Shown: positions 17,105-27,412, numbered from the stretch's first letter. The stretch: DNA of 64,000 nucleotides from Alphaproteobacteria bacterium (GCA_965243135.1 OZ251539.1:576001-640000); one strand, 5' to 3'. Notes: a model not told the origin generated them from the sequence alone. Made by a program: numbers and translations.

Positions 17105-17536
17105 ATGCGCCGCGCCAGCCTCATACGGGACGAATCCAGCGACCACGGCACCCTCTCCCGCCTCGCGGCGGGCGGCCTGTCGCTGCACGTCATCGAGCCG
17201 CCGTGGCGCGACAACCGGCGAAACCGGTCCTGCATCCCGGCCGGCGACTACGAGGCGCGGCCCCACGTCTCGCCGCGCTTCGGGCGCTGCCTGCTGGTCG
17301 CCGCCGTGCCGGACCGCACGCACATCCTCGTGCACGCCGGCAACGTCGGCGGCGACCGCGACCGCGGCCTGCACACCCACACCCTCGGATGCCTCCTGCC
17401 CGGCCTGCGGCGGGGGCGGATCGCCGTGCGCGGGCGGACCCAGCGCGCCGTTCTCAACTCCCGGCCGGCCCTGCGCCGCCTCATGGCGTGGGCCGGCGCC
17501 GAACCCTTCGTTCTGGAGATCCGCGAATGGACCTGA
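17105..17536 (+). CDS. DUF5675 family protein (candidate endolysin)
   Basis: IEPPWRDN...SCIPAGDY...VPDRTHILVHAGN...HTLGCLLPG. Confidence 0.8.
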   Translation: MRRASLIRDESSDHGTLSRLAAGGLSLHVIEPPWRDNRRNRSCIPAGDYEARPHVSPRFGRCLLVAAVPDRTHILVHAGNVGGDRDRGLHTHTLGCLLPGLRRGRIAVRGRTQRAVLNSRPALRRLMAWAGAEPFVLEIREWT

Positions 17537-18009
17537 TGCTCACCCTGCTGACGGGCGGCGCGAGCGGCCTGCTCGGCACGGCGGTCACCGCCGTGACGGG
17601 ATTCCTGGAGCGCCACCAGCGCCACCGCATGGAACTGGATCTGCGGCGCCTCGAGATCGAGGAGACGAAGGTCGAGGCGGCGTCGGCCGAGCGGATCGCC
17701 GCGACCGAGGCGGAATCCGCCGAGTCGTCCGCGGCGTGGACCGCCCTCTCGGAGAGCTATGCCGCCGCCGGGCGGCGCTGGTCGAGCGGCGACAGCCGCG
17801 CCCTGGTGTTCGTCGACGTCGTGCGCGGCCTGACGCGGCCGGCGCTCACGCTCCTGTTCCTCGCACTGACGGGCTGGATCTACTGGACGCTCGTCGGGGA
17901 CGCGGCCGGCGCGGGGCTGCGGACGCAGATCGTCCACACGGTGCTGTACCTGACCACGACCTGCGTCGTCTGGTGGTTCGGCGGGCGCCCCCGGCAGGCG
18001 CCGAAGTAG
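17527..18009 (+). CDS. Putative holin (3TM type)
   Basis: GGASGLLG N-terminus, VRGLTRPALT TM, VVWWFGGR. Confidence 0.7.
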   Translation: MDLMLTLLTGGASGLLGTAVTAVTGFLERHQRHRMELDLRRLEIEETKVEAASAERIAATEAESAESSAAWTALSESYAAAGRRWSSGDSRALVFVDVVRGLTRPALTLLFLALTGWIYWTLVGDAAGAGLRTQIVHTVLYLTTTCVVWWFGGRPRQAPK

Positions 18010-18011
18010 CC

Positions 18012-18371
18012 GTGGACATCGAGAACCGCATCGTCCAGGGGGTCGTGCTGGCGATGATCGCGGCGATCGGCGGCCTGTTCCTGCGCGTCCGGACGAACGA
18101 AAGCCGGATCGCGGTCCTCGAGAGCGCCGTGAAGGGCATGCCGGATCTCGCGAAGACCGTCGTCGCGATCGACAAGAACCTGGCGGTGCTCCAGGCGCAC
18201 GTCGCCGGCCTCCCGGACCACGACGACCAGCAGCGGCTCCACGACCGGATCGCGGAGAACCGCAAGCTGACGACGAACGCGCTGGAATCGATCGCGGCCA
18301 TGAACGCGACGCTCGGCGGCGTCCGCCAGGCGGTGGACCGCCTGCACACGGTCGAGATGGAGCGCAGATGA
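18012..18371 (+). CDS. Mu gp25/DUF2730-like membrane-anchored coiled-coil protein
   Basis: N-terminal TM, SRIAVLESAVKGMP, position in the operon. Confidence 0.6.
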   Translation: MDIENRIVQGVVLAMIAAIGGLFLRVRTNESRIAVLESAVKGMPDLAKTVVAIDKNLAVLQAHVAGLPDHDDQQRLHDRIAENRKLTTNALESIAAMNATLGGVRQAVDRLHTVEMERR

Positions 18372-18679
18372 GCGGGAGCCTGAAGTCCCTCGTCCGGGCC
18401 GACGCCAGGCTCGCGCTTTTGCGCGTCCTCGCGCAGGACCGCGGCTACAGCCAGAACCATTCGATCCTGCGCCTGGCGATCGACAAGGCGACGGCGATCA
18501 CGCTCACCGACGACGAGGTGAAGGAGCACGTGCACTGGCTCGAGGACCGCGGCCTGGTCGCGTCCGAGGAGGTTCCGCCCTACCTGCTCGCCCGGCTCAC
18601 CGACCGCGGACTGTCCGTCGCGCGCGGCGAGGCCGAGGTCGAGGGCGTCAGCCGTCCGCGGCCCGATCAGACCGCCTGA
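18368..18679 (+). CDS. Mu gp26-like wHTH protein
   Basis: DARLALLRVL...NHSIL...WLEDRGLV..ARLTDRG...GVSRP. Confidence 0.8.
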   Translation: MSGSLKSLVRADARLALLRVLAQDRGYSQNHSILRLAIDKATAITLTDDEVKEHVHWLEDRGLVASEEVPPYLLARLTDRGLSVARGEAEVEGVSRPRPDQTA

Positions 18680-18682
18680 CCC

Positions 18683-19216
18683 GTGCCCCGGGCCAGCATC
18701 GTGGACCGGAGCTTCGCGGCGGCGGAGCAGGCGAAGATCGCCGCGTTCCTCGACGCGCACCCGCACGTCTCGGTCTCGGATTTCCGGGCGTACCTCGCGG
18801 AACGCGGCTGCGAGATCTCCCGCGGCGGCGCCCACGCCGCGAAGAAGCGCCTCGAGGACGTGGGGCGCAAGCTGCGCGAGGGGCGGATGTTCCTCGACGC
18901 CGTCGGCGAAGGCCTCGACCGGACCGACGAAAGCCGGCGCACCCGCGCGCTGCTGGAGACGGTGAAGGTGATGTTCGCGGAATTCCAGCTGCGGCAGATG
19001 GACGGCGCGGAACTGGACGCCGGAGACTTCCGGAGCATGGCCGGAGCTCTCAGGGACATCGCGGCCGCGTCCCGCGCCGACCAGGACTTCGCCGGCCGCG
19101 TCGCCGACGAGGAGAGGAGGAAGGCGGCGGAAGCGGCGGGCGCGGCGGCGCGGGAGCTCGGGATCGGCGGCGACGCGGAGGCCGCGATCCGGCGCGCCAT
19201 CGAGGGCGGCCGGTGA
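18683..19216 (+). CDS. DUF3486 / Mu gp27-like putative small terminase
   Basis: MPRASIVD...EISRGG. Immediately upstream of the large terminase. Confidence 0.65.
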   Translation: MPRASIVDRSFAAAEQAKIAAFLDAHPHVSVSDFRAYLAERGCEISRGGAHAAKKRLEDVGRKLREGRMFLDAVGEGLDRTDESRRTRALLETVKVMFAEFQLRQMDGAELDAGDFRSMAGALRDIAAASRADQDFAGRVADEERRKAAEAAGAAARELGIGGDAEAAIRRAIEGGR

Positions 19217-20646
19217 CCGGAATCCTCCTGCCGTATCAGGCGCGATGGGTGGCGGACGCGGAGGGAATCGCCGTCATAGAAAAATCCCGCCGCATCGGCC
19301 TGTCGTGGTGCCAAGCGTACAGCGACGTCATGCGCGCGGCCAGCCGGGAGCGCCCCGGCAACGTCTACTACCAGAGTTACGCCAAGGACATGACGCAGGG
19401 CTACATTTCCGACTGCGCCGAGTGGGCGGAGAAGATCCAGGCCGCCGCCGGCGCGGTCGGCGAGGAGGCCTACGAAGAGGGCGGCAGGCAGGTCTTCGCG
19501 TACAAGATCCGGGCGGCCACCGGCAAGGAGATCGTGGCCATGACCTCCGCGCCGCGCGGGTTCCGCTCCCGCGGCCGGCCGGGAGACCGCGGCGTCGTCG
19601 ACGAGGCGGCGTTCGTCGACGACCTCGGCGCGGTCCTGAAGGCGGTGAAGGCGTTCCGGATGTGGCGCGGGCAGATCCGGATCATGTCCACGCACAACGG
19701 CGAGAACTCCGAATTCGCCAAATTGTGCAAGGCCGTCCGCGACGGCGACCAGCCCGGCTCCATCCACAAGGTGACGTTCCGGGACGCCCTCGACCAGGGA
19801 CTGTTCCGGAAGATCTGCGAAGTGACCGGCGAGGAGTGGTCGCCGGAACGCGAAGAGGAGTGGGAGGCCGAAATCCGGGCGGACTACGGCGAGGACGCCG
19901 CCGAAGAGCTCGACTGCGTGCCCGCCAGCGGCGCGGGCCACTGGCTCAGCTGGCCGTTGATTCACGGCGCGGAGAGCCCGTTCGCCGGCCTGCCCGGCCA
20001 GTACAAGGGCGGACCGACCGTCATCGGGGTCGATGTCGCCAGGCGCCGCGACCTGTTCGTTTTCGCCGTCATGGAGATCGTCGGCGCGCATCTGATCGTG
20101 CGCGAGATCGTCGAGCGTCGCAACATCAAGTTCTCGGAGCAGGACCGACTGCTCGACAAGGCCGTCGCGCGCTACCGGCCGATCCGCGTGGCGATGGACC
20201 AGACCGGCATGGGAGAAAAGCCGGTCGAGGACGCGCAGCGCCGCTACGGCCAACGGCGCGTGGAAGGCGTGATCATGTCGGCGCCGCGGCGCCTCGACGT
20301 CGCCACCGCGCTGCGCGAGCGGATGGAGGACGGCAGGCTGCGGATCCCGAAATCCGCGGAGCTGCGGGCGGACCTGCGGTCGGTGCGCACCGAGGACGGA
20401 CCGACCGGCGCGCCGCGCCTCGTCGTCCCGCGCACGAAAGACCGCGGCGAGGGACGCGAGGAGGCCGGCAAAACCCACGCCGACCGGTTCTGGGCGCTCG
20501 CCCTGGGCTGCGCCGCGGCGGCGGGATCCAGCGAGCCGGCCGGCGGCTACGCCGGCGGCGATCCGCGCGAGGCGCTGAAGCCGAAGGCGCTCCGCGGACG
20601 GCCCGAACGCGCGATGTTCGGCCGCCCCGGCAGGCGCGCGGCATGA
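19213..20646 (+). CDS. Large terminase (Mu gp28-like)
   Basis: LLPYQARW, EKSRRIGLSW, VVDEAAF, GVDVARRRD, DQTGMG, HADRFWALAL. Confidence 0.92.
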   Translation: MTGILLPYQARWVADAEGIAVIEKSRRIGLSWCQAYSDVMRAASRERPGNVYYQSYAKDMTQGYISDCAEWAEKIQAAAGAVGEEAYEEGGRQVFAYKIRAATGKEIVAMTSAPRGFRSRGRPGDRGVVDEAAFVDDLGAVLKAVKAFRMWRGQIRIMSTHNGENSEFAKLCKAVRDGDQPGSIHKVTFRDALDQGLFRKICEVTGEEWSPEREEEWEAEIRADYGEDAAEELDCVPASGAGHWLSWPLIHGAESPFAGLPGQYKGGPTVIGVDVARRRDLFVFAVMEIVGAHLIVREIVERRNIKFSEQDRLLDKAVARYRPIRVAMDQTGMGEKPVEDAQRRYGQRRVEGVIMSAPRRLDVATALRERMEDGRLRIPKSAELRADLRSVRTEDGPTGAPRLVVPRTKDRGEGREEAGKTHADRFWALALGCAAAAGSSEPAGGYAGGDPREALKPKALRGRPERAMFGRPGRRAA

Positions 20647-22076
20647 GCCTGCGCGATCGCGTCATCCGCCTGCTCGGCGGCGCGGAGCCGGCGCGGTTGC
20701 GCGAGGCGGCCGGAATCACCGTCGACCCCGACGACGATCAGTGGCGGCGGCTGACCGACGACCTGCGGCGCGACCTCACGCCGCTGACCCAGCACCGGAT
20801 GAGGGAGCTGGCCGCCGGCCTCTGGGAATCGAACCTGCTGGCCCGGCAGCTCGTCGAACTGCCGATCGCGTTCCTCCTGGCGGAGGGCGTGACGCTGCGC
20901 GTACCCGACGAGCAGGCGCAGGAGTGGCTCGACGAGTGGTGGCGCGATCCGATCACCGATATGCCGATGCGGCTCCAGGAGCTGATGCGCGACGTCGCGC
21001 TGACCGGCGAGGCCGCCTGGCCCTGCTTCGTCGACCCGTCGTCCGGCCACGTCCGGATGGCGTGGCTCGACCCGGCCCTGATCGAGACGGTCGTGCGCGA
21101 CCCCGACAACGTTTCGAGGCCGATCGGGATCGTCACGCAGAAGGACCGGCGCGGGAGGGCCCGGCGCTACCGGGTCGCCGTGTCCGGGCCGGAGACCGTC
21201 TTCGCGCCGACCGCGCGCGGGATCCGGGAGACGTTCGACGACGGCGACATCCTGTATTTCCGGACCAACGCGCAGGCCGGCGGCGCGCGCGGGAGATCCG
21301 ACCTGCTCGCGGCGATCGACTGGCTCGACGTCTACGAGCGCTACCTCTACGGCGAGGCGGATCGTGCGGAAGGGCTGCGCGCGTTTCTCTGGGACATCAC
21401 CATATCGGGCGGAACGGCGGAGGACGTGAAGCGGCGGGCCGCCGAGATCACGGCGCCGGAATCCGGCGCCGTGCGGATCCACAACGACGCGGAGACGTGG
21501 CAGGCGCTCGCGCCGAACCTCGGCGGGCAGGATCTCGAAAGCGTCAGCCGCCTGTTCCGCAACCACCTGCTCGGCGGCTCCAGCCTGCCCGAGCACTGGT
21601 TCGGCGGCGGCGGCGACGTGAACCGCGCGACCGCCGCGGAAATGGGGTCGCCCACCTTCAAGTCCTTGCAGATGCGCCAGACGTTCTGGACCGAGATCCT
21701 GCGGAGGGCGGGCGAATACGCGCTGTCCAGGCGGATCGACCCGACGGGCGGGAGCTGGATCCCGCCGTCGGACAAGGACTTGCAGATCTCGGTCGACTGG
21801 CCGCCGATGGTGACCGAAGACTCGTCGAAGCACGCGGCGGCCTTCGCCCAGGCGACCGCGGCGGCCGCGATGGGCGTCGAACGCGGCCTGATCTCCGAGG
21901 CGACGGCTATGCGGATCGTCGCGTCCGCCGGGGAGCGCCTCGGGGTGGAGATCGATCCCGAGACGGAAATCGCCGCGGCGCGGGAGGAAGCCGAGACGAG
22001 GAGGAAGCGGCAGGCCGACGAGGATTCGTTCCCGCCGCCGCCCGACGACGAAGACGCGCCGCCCGATGGCGACTGA
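20643..22076 (+). CDS. Phage portal protein
   Basis: Sits between terminase and gpF. RGRSDLL, PEHWFGGGGDVNRATA. Confidence 0.75.
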   Translation: MSLRDRVIRLLGGAEPARLREAAGITVDPDDDQWRRLTDDLRRDLTPLTQHRMRELAAGLWESNLLARQLVELPIAFLLAEGVTLRVPDEQAQEWLDEWWRDPITDMPMRLQELMRDVALTGEAAWPCFVDPSSGHVRMAWLDPALIETVVRDPDNVSRPIGIVTQKDRRGRARRYRVAVSGPETVFAPTARGIRETFDDGDILYFRTNAQAGGARGRSDLLAAIDWLDVYERYLYGEADRAEGLRAFLWDITISGGTAEDVKRRAAEITAPESGAVRIHNDAETWQALAPNLGGQDLESVSRLFRNHLLGGSSLPEHWFGGGGDVNRATAAEMGSPTFKSLQMRQTFWTEILRRAGEYALSRRIDPTGGSWIPPSDKDLQISVDWPPMVTEDSSKHAAAFAQATAAAAMGVERGLISEATAMRIVASAGERLGVEIDPETEIAAAREEAETRRKRQADEDSFPPPPDDEDAPPDGD

Positions 22077-22965
22077 CGGACAGAGGGAGCGCCGCCTCAA
22101 ACGCGAGCGCTCCAGGCGGCAGCGGGCGCTTCCGCGGATCCAGCGCGACGCGGCCGCCGAGGTCAAACGCCTGCTGCGCGCCGCCGAGCGCGATCTCCGC
22201 AGCGAACTGGCGGGCGCCCCCACCGACTATCAGGCGTTCGCGCTGCCGGCCGTCCAGGCGACGGTGCGGACCGCGCTCGAGACGCTCGGCACGGAACTGG
22301 GCCGGGCCGCGGCGGCGGGACAGCGGAACGCATGGACGGCCGGGATCGCGTCGGTCGACGCGCCGGTCGACGCGGCCTTCGGGCTGGATCGGCCGGAATT
22401 CCGTTTGGCGGCGTTCCTGCCCGAGGTCGACACGCAACAGCTGTTCGCGATGCAGACGTTCCTGACGACGAAGATGCGCGACGTGACCGTCGCCGCGGCG
22501 GACAGAATCAATTCCGACATCGGGCTGGCCATCGTCGGCTCGCACGGCGTCGCCGACGCCGTCAAAGGCGTGTCCCGGACGCTCGGCAGCTCGCGATCGC
22601 GGGCGCTGACCGTGACGCGCACCGAGCTGGCGCGCGCCTACTCGGCAGCCGGACAGCAGCGCCTCGGCCAAGCGTCGGAGATCCTGCCCGGCATGAAGAA
22701 GCAGTGGCGCCGGTCAGGCAAACTGAAGTCGCGGATCGAGCACGACGCCGTCGACGGGCAGCTGCGCGACGCCGACGAACCGTTCCTCGTCGGGGGCTAC
22801 GAGCTCATGCACCCGGTCGACCCGGCCGGGCCGCCGGCGCAGACGATCAATTGCGGCTGCCAGTCGCTTCCATGGATGGAGACCTGGGACGTTCTGCACC
22901 AAGGCAAACGGCCGTTCACCCGCGAGGAAATCGCGCACGACCCGCGGCGCGGCGACATCGCGTGA
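22066..22965 (+). CDS. Head morphogenesis protein (Mu gpF/SPP1 gp7-like)
   Basis: RALTVTRTEL, KKQW, HDAVDGQ, PF.VGG, QTINCGC. Confidence 0.88.
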   Translation: MATDGQRERRLKRERSRRQRALPRIQRDAAAEVKRLLRAAERDLRSELAGAPTDYQAFALPAVQATVRTALETLGTELGRAAAAGQRNAWTAGIASVDAPVDAAFGLDRPEFRLAAFLPEVDTQQLFAMQTFLTTKMRDVTVAAADRINSDIGLAIVGSHGVADAVKGVSRTLGSSRSRALTVTRTELARAYSAAGQQRLGQASEILPGMKKQWRRSGKLKSRIEHDAVDGQLRDADEPFLVGGYELMHPVDPAGPPAQTINCGCQSLPWMETWDVLHQGKRPFTREEIAHDPRRGDIA

Positions 22966-22993
22966 TCGCCGCGTTCGCGATCCTGCTGGACCG

Positions 22994-23203
22994 GTGACCC
23001 CCTTCGAGGCGGCCTCGGCCGAGCTGGAGAGGCGGCAAGAGGTCTCCATCCTTCGCGCCGAGGCCGCCTTTCTGCGGGACGCGGCGTCCGCCGTCGAGCG
23101 TCTCGGAGCCGGGCGCGATCCGCGTCGGCGGGCGTCGAGGCTGCGGTGGCTCGCGGGCCGGCGCGAGACCCAGGCCAAGGAGATGGAAGATGCCGCGGAC
23201 TAG
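22994..23203 (+). CDS. Small hypothetical protein
   Basis: ORF with natural composition near the prophage end. Confidence 0.4.
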   Translation: MTPFEAASAELERRQEVSILRAEAAFLRDAASAVERLGAGRDPRRRASRLRWLAGRRETQAKEMEDAAD

Positions 23204-23420
23204 GCGCTGCCACCACTGCGCAGAGCGGTCCGAGACAGTCCAACGGTCGCCTTTCGGAACTTTCCTTTGCGCCGAGTGCGAGCGCGAACTGCGCGACAGC
23301 CTGTCCCGCGATCCGGCGAACGAGGCCGTGCACTTGACCGATATGAAATTCGTCGGGGGAGACGGCGTGGCGCGTCCGTGGAAGGGCGGGGGGAGCGATC
23401 ATGAAGATCGAAAGGCATAA
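23190..23420 (+). CDS. Small Zn-finger protein (CxxC-x16-CxxC)
   Basis: CHHC...CAEC. GGAG RBS. Confidence 0.45.
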   Translation: MPRTRRCHHCAERSETVQRSPFGTFLCAECERELRDSLSRDPANEAVHLTDMKFVGGDGVARPWKGGGSDHEDRKA

Positions 23421-23703
23421 GTTTCAGCACGGGCGCTGAAGGTGATCGCGCCGTACCCGCACTGGCCGCGGCCGGATCGCGCCGCCGGGACTCGGAATCC
23501 TCCGCTGGGTCAGGTAGAATTCCCCTTGTTTTACGACCCCGAAAACGGGGGGGAAATTTTCGATTTTTCGGGTTTTGAAAGCCGGATTCGCAGATACTTC
23601 TGTCCGCAACCGCGTCGGCGCGCCCGGATCGCCACGCACCGTCGAGGCGGTCCGGAGCACTGCGAAAGCGTTGAGAATCCGCCGAATCCGGCCGGGTCGT
23701 TCA

Positions 23704-23761
23704 GCCTAGTTCAGGATAGTACGGCCAAGTTCGGATTCTGGCCCACTTCTGGCAGGTAACA
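23704..23761 (-). repeat. Prophage right end with candidate transposase-binding repeats
   Basis: Terminal 5'-TGTTAC (minus strand). GCCTAGTTCAG (23704), GCCAAGTTCGG (23724), GCCCACTTCTG (23741). Confidence 0.6.
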
Positions 23762-25420
23762 ATGGGCGAGCAGGCTGACGATCGTGATGGCGAGGGCGGT
23801 CCAGCCGACGACTTGCGGCACGAAACGCGCTTCGTAACGCCAGGCAGCGGCTTCGGTCACCGTGAACAGGAACGCTGCGGCGAAAAACAGATATATCCAG
23901 GTGTTGCCGTCGAAACGCGGGGCTTCGAAGCGGAGAGCGCCGCCCTCGTTTTTCATTTCGCGGATCAGCGGCAGCGCGAGCACCACCAGCGCAACGACGA
24001 ACAGGACGATCACGAGCCAGTTGGATATCCATTCGAATCCGTAACGCTTGGAGGAGATCCAGAGATATCGTTCGATAATGCCGCCGAGCACCACGCCCAG
24101 AATCACCGGCGGGCGCGGCCATCCCATGCGTTTCATAACCCAGCCGACGAGGCCGAAGACGACGAGGATCACCAGATCGCCCCAGTCGCGGTTCCCCTGG
24201 AACGCGCCCACGAACAGAACCGCGAGGATCAACGGCAGGATGATGGCGTGGCGGACCTGCGAGATGCGCGCGAACTGGTTCGAGAAAAGGAAGCACACTC
24301 CCGCGCCGAGAATGTTGGCGAGAGCGACCGACCAGACCATGGAATAGGTCACTTCCAGATTCGTGGTCAGCATGTCGGGACCGGGAATCAGACCCTGTAT
24401 CAGGAAGGCGCCGAGCAGGATCGCCATCTGCGCGCTTCCCGGGACGCCGAAGGCGATGGTCGGCACCAGCGCGCCCCCTTCCTTGGCGTTGTTCGAGCCT
24501 TCGGAGGCGAGCACGCCGCGAACGTCGCCGGTGCCGAAGCTTTTGAGCGCGTTCTTTTCGGTGCTGGCTGCATGCCCGTAGGCGATCCAGTCGATCACGG
24601 CGCTGCCCATGCCGGGAATCGATCCGAGCCCGGCGCCGATCGCGCCGCAACGGAGCACGAGAAACCAGTTGCGGAAGGTGTCCTTGATGCCTTCCCACTG
24701 TCCGGTCTTGGTGTCGACCGCCGAGTCGCCGGCGACCGATCGCCGGGCGATCGCCATGTCGGCGAGTTCGGGCAGGGCGAAGAGTCCAAGCGTTATGGGG
24801 ATGATCGACAGGCCGTCCCAGAGATACAGCCAGCCGTAGGTCCAGCGATGGACGCCGACCTGCGGATCCTGTCCGACGAAGGCGATCATCAGACCGAAGC
24901 CGGCGGCCGCAAGGCCGCGCAACGGCGATCCGCCCGAAAGCGCGGAGACCATGCACAGTCCGAATACGGCGAAAGCCAGCAGTTCCGGGGAACCGACCTC
25001 GAGCATGACCGGCCGCAGAATCGGAACTGAGACGCCGAGCATGAGCGCCCCGAAAATGCCGCCGGCCAGAGAGGCGGTGTAGGCGGCGCCGAAAGCGCGG
25101 CCTGCCTGTCCCCGCTTGGCGAGGGGATGTCCGTCGAGCACCGTGGCGGCGGAGCCCGCCGTTCCGGGCACGCCGAACAGCACTGCCGGAATCGTGTCCG
25201 ATGTCGTCGTTACGGAGCCCATGCCGAGGAGGAAGGCGAAAGCGGAATAGGCGTCCATGTCGAAGGTGAACGGCAACAGCAGCGCCATTCCGACGATTCC
25301 GCCGAGGCCGGGGATCACGCCCAGAGCCAGGCCGATCAGCACTCCGGCGAACAAGTACGCGAGTCGCTCGGCTTCAAGCAGGATCAGCAGGGCGTCGCCC
25401 GCCGTAGTCAGCATTTCCAT
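23711..25420 (-). pseudogene. tctA: Tripartite tricarboxylate transporter permease TctA, C-terminus interrupted by the prophage
   Basis: GVIPGLGG, GVPGTAGSAATVLDGHP, EGSNNAKEGG. The last 16 codons come from the phage end. Confidence 0.8.
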
Positions 25421-25511
25421 CGCCGGTTCACTCGCTGGCGGCGTTCACAGAGTCCCCGAGAAGGATCGCGCCCGGGAGTCGCGGACCTCGTCCGCGCGGC
25501 GCATCGACTCT

Positions 25512-26795
25512 CTACTTGCAGTCGAAAGCCTTCGCGAGAGTTCCCTGATAGGTGAGCTTGCAGGCCATGCCGACCTTGAGAGCCTTGCGCTTGGTCCTCT
25601 GGCCGCCGATCGCGATCTTGGTCCTGGATCCAGAAACGCTGACGGCCCATTTCCTGCCGCCGCCCTCGACCGTGACCTTCCGACCGCCGCGCTTGATCGT
25701 GGTGATTTCCCCTTCAAGGGTTTCGATCGGAATGACGGCCTTGGAGATCTCGGTTTTGGTGTCGTCGGACGAGGCTACCGAGGCGAGCTTGATGATGTTT
25801 TCCGGCGTCTTGTAGAGTTCGGCGACCAGCGATGCGACCTTCGGGCCCGAGAGCGGCGATACGTCGAGCTTCTGCTTCTTCGCGTCGGCGAGGAACTCGG
25901 GATCGGTCATGGTCGCCATGAAGGCGGCCTGAAGGGCCTTGGCGCGGTCCGCCGGCACTCCGGGCGGCGCGATGTAGGGCCGGCCCCATGCCTGACGCGA
26001 GAAGATGAACGCGAGGATCGCCTTCTGATCGTCCGTCTTTGCGTAATCCATGATGAAGGGCACGCCCATTTCCGTCAGTTCCGGATGCGGTTCGGTCGAC
26101 ATCTGGACCAGCAAGTTGATCTTCTTGTCCTTGAGCCACTGGGGCCGGGTGGACTTCACCGAGGACCAAGACCAGGCGCAGCGTCCGTCGAGTTCGCCGC
26201 GTTCGGTCGCGAAATTGATGTCGTTCCCGCCGGGATAACCGGTGATCAGCTTCATCTTCGAGCCGAACACGTAGTTGATCACCTTCGGAAAGTTGTCGGT
26301 GTCGGCGCCCGGTCCGACGCCGCCGACGACAAAAGGCATCGCGAGCATGTCGTCGAAGGCTCTGATCTTCGAGGTATGCCACGACACGCAGAGGCTGACT
26401 TCGTTGTTCATCGTGCCCAGCCAGGTGAACTTGGTGGCGTCGAATCTGGCTTCCTTGGTGCCGAGCAGCGGCTCGTGGGTCTGGCCGCGCCCCACCGTGG
26501 CGAACACCGTGCCGTCCTTCGGAAGCGAGTTGTAGAGCTCGTTGGTGAGGATCATCGAGCCTGCGCCGGTGCGGTTCTTTACGACGATTCGCGGTTTGCC
26601 GGGAATGTGGCGGCCCATGTGCCGCGCCAGCGTCCGCGAATAACGGTCGTAGCCGCCGCCTGCGGAGAATCCGACGTAGAGCGTGAGGCGCTTCTTCTCG
26701 TAGAAATCCGCCACCGCGTCCGCCGAAACCGGCGGCGCGGCGAAGGACGAGGCCGCCAGCAGCGCGGCGGACAGCGCAAGCGTCGAGCGTTTCAT
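25512..26795 (-). CDS. TctC/Bug family substrate-binding protein
   Basis: Signal peptide, VGFSAGGGYD..SRTLARH..HIPGKP, GYPGG...ERGELDG. Confidence 0.9.
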   Translation of the reverse strand: MKRSTLALSAALLAASSFAAPPVSADAVADFYEKKRLTLYVGFSAGGGYDRYSRTLARHMGRHIPGKPRIVVKNRTGAGSMILTNELYNSLPKDGTVFATVGRGQTHEPLLGTKEARFDATKFTWLGTMNNEVSLCVSWHTSKIRAFDDMLAMPFVVGGVGPGADTDNFPKVINYVFGSKMKLITGYPGGNDINFATERGELDGRCAWSWSSVKSTRPQWLKDKKINLLVQMSTEPHPELTEMGVPFIMDYAKTDDQKAILAFIFSRQAWGRPYIAPPGVPADRAKALQAAFMATMTDPEFLADAKKQKLDVSPLSGPKVASLVAELYKTPENIIKLASVASSDDTKTEISKAVIPIETLEGEITTIKRGGRKVTVEGGGRKWAVSVSGSRTKIAIGGQRTKRKALKVGMACKLTYQGTLAKAFDCK

Positions 26796-26882
26796 GTTTT
26801 CCTCCTGTCTTTCCGAGCCTGTTTCGCTATAGTGGATTCAAGCCGCGCGCCGTACAACCCTCGCAAAGGACGGAATTCCGAG

Positions 26883-27335
26883 ATGCAAGCGCCTGTCCGC
26901 AAATCCGCTGCGGGGAAGCGGCCCCGCAGCCCGCAGAAATTCGCCTACGTCAAGCCCTCGTCCGGGACCGGCGGCAAGTCGATCGTTTCCCTGTGCCAGA
27001 CCGACATCATTCGCGGCGCCGTGCAGGTGGTCAGGGAGGGCGGCGACAACAACCTCCATTCGCATACCGGCATGGACGGATTCTGGATGGTGCTGCAGGG
27101 AAGAGTCCGATTTTACGGTCTGGAAGACGAGGTTCTCGGAGAATTCGGCCGGCACGAAGGGATCGCGATGCCGCGCAACGCCCAATACTGGTTCGAGAGC
27201 TGCGGCGACGAGGAACTGGAACTGCTTCAGGTCGTCGCCTTCGACCGCGACGTGAAGAACGAACGGGTGGACGCAACCGCGCGGAAGTTCGACGTCGACG
27301 CGGTGGAACGCTTCGACGGGCGCGTGCGGGACTGA
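26883..27335 (+). CDS. Cupin domain protein
   Basis: GGDNNLHSHTGMDGFWMVLQG...MPRNAQYWF. Confidence 0.85.
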   Translation: MQAPVRKSAAGKRPRSPQKFAYVKPSSGTGGKSIVSLCQTDIIRGAVQVVREGGDNNLHSHTGMDGFWMVLQGRVRFYGLEDEVLGEFGRHEGIAMPRNAQYWFESCGDEELELLQVVAFDRDVKNERVDATARKFDVDAVERFDGRVRD

Positions 27336-27412
27336 AATTCGCGGATGCCGCGGGGCGACCCCGCACGGCGCGGCGTTACAGACCCGGCCGCCGTTCGCCG
27401 GGGGCGGTTCGC

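Larger units (their letters stand above)
1..23761. mobile_element. Mu-like transposable prophage (left end outside window)
   Basis: MuA DDE transposase + MuB ATPase, Gam, GemA, Mor-like, gp25-28-like genes, portal, gpF. Very high GC and overlapping stop/start codons. Ends ...GGTAACA at 23761 inside tctA. Confidence 0.92.

Noticed and set aside
193-23000. Many long Arg/Pro/Ala-rich ORFs (e.g. 193-1257, 4055-6142, 8973-11423, 18667-20478)
   Set aside because: Shadow frames of very high-GC DNA overlapping well-supported genes.
1432-23563. GGGGG(A/G)GAAATTTTCG motif at about 1432 and about 23547
   Set aside because: Short, low-complexity match with two copies only. Cannot be supported as a functional site.
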